From: an uncultured archaeon
GTDB lineage: Archaea; Iainarchaeota; Iainarchaeia; Iainarchaeales; 0-14-0-20-30-16
Direction of reading: 5' to 3'
Length of the DNA stretch: 8,608 nucleotides
NCBI GenBank assembly: GCA_964565725.1
Contig: CAZMGA010000022.1
Coordinates: 1-8,608 of the forward strand
This document shows, in pieces, positions 6,294 through 8,608 of this stretch. Positions within the stretch are counted from its first letter, which is position 1, and each line of letters opens with the position of its first letter. The position numbers and the translations under genes were made by a program. The notes below the pieces were generated by a model. It saw only the letters and a program-made list of their open reading frames with translations, was not told where the DNA came from and made no database searches.

Positions 6294-7001
6294 TTACATA
6301 TTCATTAAATTATTGTTTAAATCTGCAGAATCTTGTTTTATAAAATCTAAAACTTTAATTCTAAAAGTTAAATCTTTTACTGCCAAATAAAACTTACAAT
6401 CTAAATTTACAATATCTTTTTCTAAATTATAATCTATAGTTTCACAAGAATATTTTTTATTAAGAATATTAAAATAAAATGTTTTATTCATTAATTGATC
6501 TATATTATATTCTTTTCCAGTAGATTCTTTTACATATAGCATTATATTAGAAGGTGTTTGTTGTATTCTAATAGTTTGTGCATTTTTCCCATAACCTTCA
6601 TCTGGTGGTATAACAACAGTTATTTCTTGGCCTTTTTTTAATCCCAGAACTGCATTTTCAAAACCAACAATCATATTATGACTACCTACAACAAATTCTA
6701 GATTAGAATCATCATAAAAAGTACTTTCTAAAATAGCATTATCTACTGTTAATTCATAATCTACTATTACAATATCATTATTATCTATAAAAAATGCATT
6801 TTCATCTATTATTTTTGTTTTTGATTCTTTATAATAATTTAAACTTATACCTACTACTGCAAAAACTACTAAAACAATAAATAAGATATAAAAAATTAAT
6901 TGATTTTTATCTTCAATTTTATTTATTTTGTTTTTGATATTTAATTTTTCTGGTTCTTTTTTAATTTCTTTTATTTTAAATTTTAAATTATTTTTATCCA
7001 T
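6294..7001 (-). CDS. FKBP-type peptidyl-prolyl cis-trans isomerase (SlyD/archaeal long type with IF insert) with an N-terminal membrane anchor
   Basis: FKBP core VDYELTVDNAILESTFYDD..LEFVVGSHNMIVGFENAVLGLKKGQEITVVIPPDEGYG, with the closing strand LAVKDLTFRIKVLDF after an inserted segment. One TM helix, LIFYILFIVLVVFAVVGISL, follows a Lys-rich N-terminus. The ORF track starts at GTG 7010, which overlaps the dut stop as GTGA. I prefer the ATG at 7001-6999 because that same GTGAT then lies 4 nt upstream, which is the SD pattern seen at hisS, HAD and metG. The start is uncertain by 9 nt. Confidence 0.85.
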   Translation of the reverse strand: MDKNNLKFKIKEIKKEPEKLNIKNKINKIEDKNQLIFYILFIVLVVFAVVGISLNYYKESKTKIIDENAFFIDNNDIVIVDYELTVDNAILESTFYDDSNLEFVVGSHNMIVGFENAVLGLKKGQEITVVIPPDEGYGKNAQTIRIQQTPSNIMLYVKESTGKEYNIDQLMNKTFYFNILNKKYSCETIDYNLEKDIVNLDCKFYLAVKDLTFRIKVLDFIKQDSADLNNNLMNM

Positions 7002-7006
7002 AGTAA

Positions 7007-7438
7007 TCACTTTAATCCTGTAGATCCTAATCCTCCTCTACTTTTTTCTTCAATTAGATCTACTTCTTCAAAATTAACAACAGCACAATTTACAAAAACA
7101 CATTGAACTAAACGATCTCCTTTTTCTATTTTTATTAAATTATCAGTAAAATTATATAATATAGCTTTACCCTCATCTTCTGGACCAGAAAAATCTTGAT
7201 CAAATAAACCTATACCATTCAATAACATTAAACCCTTTTTATGTAATCCAGAACGTGCAATCCACAATAAAGCATAACCTTTAGGGCATTCAATAATTAC
7301 ATTTTGCGCAACATACCTAAATTCTTTAGGAGGTATTTCTAAACTTTCTCTAGAATACAAATCAAAACCAACACTACCAGAAGTATGATATTTAGGTAAA
7401 GGTAAAGATTTATCTATTCTTTTTATTCTAACAAACAT
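7007..7438 (-). CDS. dut: dUTP diphosphatase (trimeric dUTPase family)
   Basis: 143-aa ORF with the dUTPase motifs GSVGFDL, ARSGL, GLFDQDFSG (the GxIDxxY-type motif 3) and the C-terminal RGGLGSTG motif 5. Confidence 0.9.
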   Translation of the reverse strand: MFVRIKRIDKSLPLPKYHTSGSVGFDLYSRESLEIPPKEFRYVAQNVIIECPKGYALLWIARSGLHKKGLMLLNGIGLFDQDFSGPEDEGKAILYNFTDNLIKIEKGDRLVQCVFVNCAVVNFEEVDLIEEKSRGGLGSTGLK

Positions 7439-7497
7439 ATTTCCACTTAATTATATATAAAGAATAAAAATATATATATTTTGTACAATATATTATT
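7439..7497. promoter_or_regulatory. 59-bp divergent promoter region between dut and the 214-aa orphan gene
   Basis: It consists almost entirely of TATA-like sequence, with ttatatataaag and aaaatatatatatttt. The ATATATATA block is centred about 23 nt upstream of the ATG at 7498 and there is no SD, which suggests a leaderless mRNA. tttatatata lies about 15-24 nt upstream of the dut ATG. Confidence 0.4.
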
Positions 7498-8142
7498 ATG
7501 GCTAAACCAAGAAGAGTTAAATTTGAGCATCCTGTTTTATTTGTTAATGAAGTCAAAGAAAGATTAGAAAATCCAATTGATAGAATAAAAAAAGAAAGAT
7601 TAGAAAGACAAAGATTAGAAAATGAAAGATTAAAAAGAAGAACTCAATTATATAGACAAAAAACAGTAAGTGAAACTTATACTGAATTTCAAAAAGTTTT
7701 TGATACTTTAAATAAAATTAATCAAGAAAAAATAAATACAGAAAATACAAAAAAATCATTAGAGCACGATTTAAGATATTTAGCAGGTACTGAAAGAAAA
7801 GAAATGGAAGAATATATTGCTAATTTAAAACCTGATTTAAGTAGTATTATACCTAAAAAAGGAACTATAGATTTTGTGTTTTTTAAATTTATTACAGATA
7901 TTATAAGTGAGCCTGAATTTGCATCATTAAAAAAAGAATATGAAGATAAGATGGCATATAGAAATAGGATAAAGGTTAGTAGACCAGCATTGGATCCCGA
8001 ATATTTAGATATATTAATATTAGAATATAGAACAAATTATAAATATCCTAGTATACAATTTAGTAATAAAATGTATAGATTTATACGTTTTTTAAAAAAA
8101 ATAAATTATAAATTAAGAGAAAATGATTTATCTACTTTTTAA
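7498..8142 (+). CDS. Hypothetical protein with a basic N-terminal ERLE-repeat coiled-coil segment; no family recognised
   Basis: 214-aa ORF that fills the gap between flanking genes. The N-terminus is MAKPRRVKF...KERLENPIDRIKKERLERQRLENERLKRR. The C-terminal half is Tyr/Phe/Ile-rich and basic. I recognise no catalytic or metal-binding motifs. Confidence 0.65.
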   Translation: MAKPRRVKFEHPVLFVNEVKERLENPIDRIKKERLERQRLENERLKRRTQLYRQKTVSETYTEFQKVFDTLNKINQEKINTENTKKSLEHDLRYLAGTERKEMEEYIANLKPDLSSIIPKKGTIDFVFFKFITDIISEPEFASLKKEYEDKMAYRNRIKVSRPALDPEYLDILILEYRTNYKYPSIQFSNKMYRFIRFLKKINYKLRENDLSTF

Positions 8143-8275
8143 CCATTAGTAATACCCCAATTAGAATAACTATTAATCCTAAAAAAGGTTGAATTACATC
8201 TAATGGTGCTGGCAAACTAGGAATATAACTTCCAACACCTAAACCTATTAAAAATAAACCTGCTTCATTACCCAT
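8132..8275 (-). CDS. Small (47 aa) predicted two-helix membrane protein, not in the ORF track
   Basis: Hand translation from the ATG at 8275-8273 gives MGNEAGLFLIGLGVGSYIPSLPAPLDVIQPFLGLIVILIGVLLMVKK, ending at a TAG stop (8134-8132). There are two hydrophobic segments separated by a Pro-rich turn, and a KK C-terminus. AAGGTG lies 5 nt upstream of the ATG (complement of 8281-8286). The gene fills an otherwise unexplained gap and overlaps the convergent 214-aa gene by 11 nt. Confidence 0.45.
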   Translation of the reverse strand: MGNEAGLFLIGLGVGSYIPSLPAPLDVIQPFLGLIVILIGVLLMVKK

Positions 8276-8387
8276 AACAACACCTTAATTTATATAAGAC
8301 TATTTAATTTATATACTTTTTGTTTAAAAACAAATATATAGTGGGAAGTTATATAATTATATAGATTTTTATTTAATAGTGATTGAT

Positions 8388-8608
8388 ATGAATATAGAGG
8401 ATAATTTAAAAGGAATAAAAGAATATTTACCAGAAGAACAAGAAATTAGAGAGTATATTACAGATATATTAAAAATTAATTTTAAAAAATATGGATTTAA
8501 ACCATTAGAAAGTAGTATTTTAGAATTATATAGTGTAGCAGCATCAAAATATGCTGGAGGAGAGGAAATTTTAAAAGAAACTTATAAATTAACAGATCAA
8601 GGACAAAG
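8388..8608 (+). CDS. hisS: Histidine--tRNA ligase, N-terminal part (continues beyond the window)
   Basis: Translation gives MNIEDNLKGIKEYLPEEQEIREYITDILKINFKKYGFKPLESSILELYSVAASKYAGGEEILKETYKLTDQGQ. This matches the HisRS N-terminal pattern xxGxxDxLPEE ... F..yGy..i.tP.lE ... e.y.f.D.g.r. A GTGAT SD lies 4 nt upstream of the ATG. Confidence 0.8.
   Translation, partial: MNIEDNLKGIKEYLPEEQEIREYITDILKINFKKYGFKPLESSILELYSVAASKYAGGEEILKETYKLTDQGQ

Noticed and set aside
7556-7640. Near-tandem GAAAGATTAGAAAA DNA repeats as a non-coding repeat element
   Set aside because: They are in frame within a long ORF and simply encode the ERLE/ERLK peptide repeat. No independent non-coding role is needed to explain them.

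Overview
The window is very AT-rich and gene-dense, and it looks like a housekeeping chromosomal segment from a small-genome archaeon, possibly DPANN-like. The archaeal call is an inference from four things: an archaeal-type FtsZ N-terminus (GAGGAGCN), an archaeal-style SRP RNA 5' end, BRE/TATA-like AACCTTTT(A/T)A motifs, and GGTGAT-type Shine-Dalgarno sites. Left to right, the window contains: the 5' part of ftsZ (-); a 285-bp upstream region carrying four exact copies of TTATGTATAWT; a compact SRP (7S) RNA gene (-) absent from the ORF track; and a + strand tRNA cluster of Asn(GTT), Ser(GCT), Lys(CTT) and Ser(GGA). Within the cluster, a decayed second copy of the tRNA-Asn 3' half sits just downstream of the intact gene, and an unassigned GC-richer island lies between tRNA-Lys and tRNA-Ser. 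Next come a 5-TM LtaS/EptA-like alkaline-phosphatase-superfamily transferase (+) and an RNase H-fold DEDD-like exonuclease (-). A tightly coupled minus-strand operon follows, dut / membrane-anchored FKBP / HAD hydrolase / metG. The window ends with a divergent 214-aa orphan protein with a basic ERLE-repeat coil (+), a 47-aa two-TM micro-ORF (-) that I found by hand, and the 5' end of hisS (+). I found no integrase, transposase, CRISPR array, toxin-antitoxin pair or recognisable defence genes, and no convincing multi-gene novel system. The most unusual signals are non-coding ones in the tRNA/SRP region. All RNA and motif calls were made by eye and need computational confirmation.
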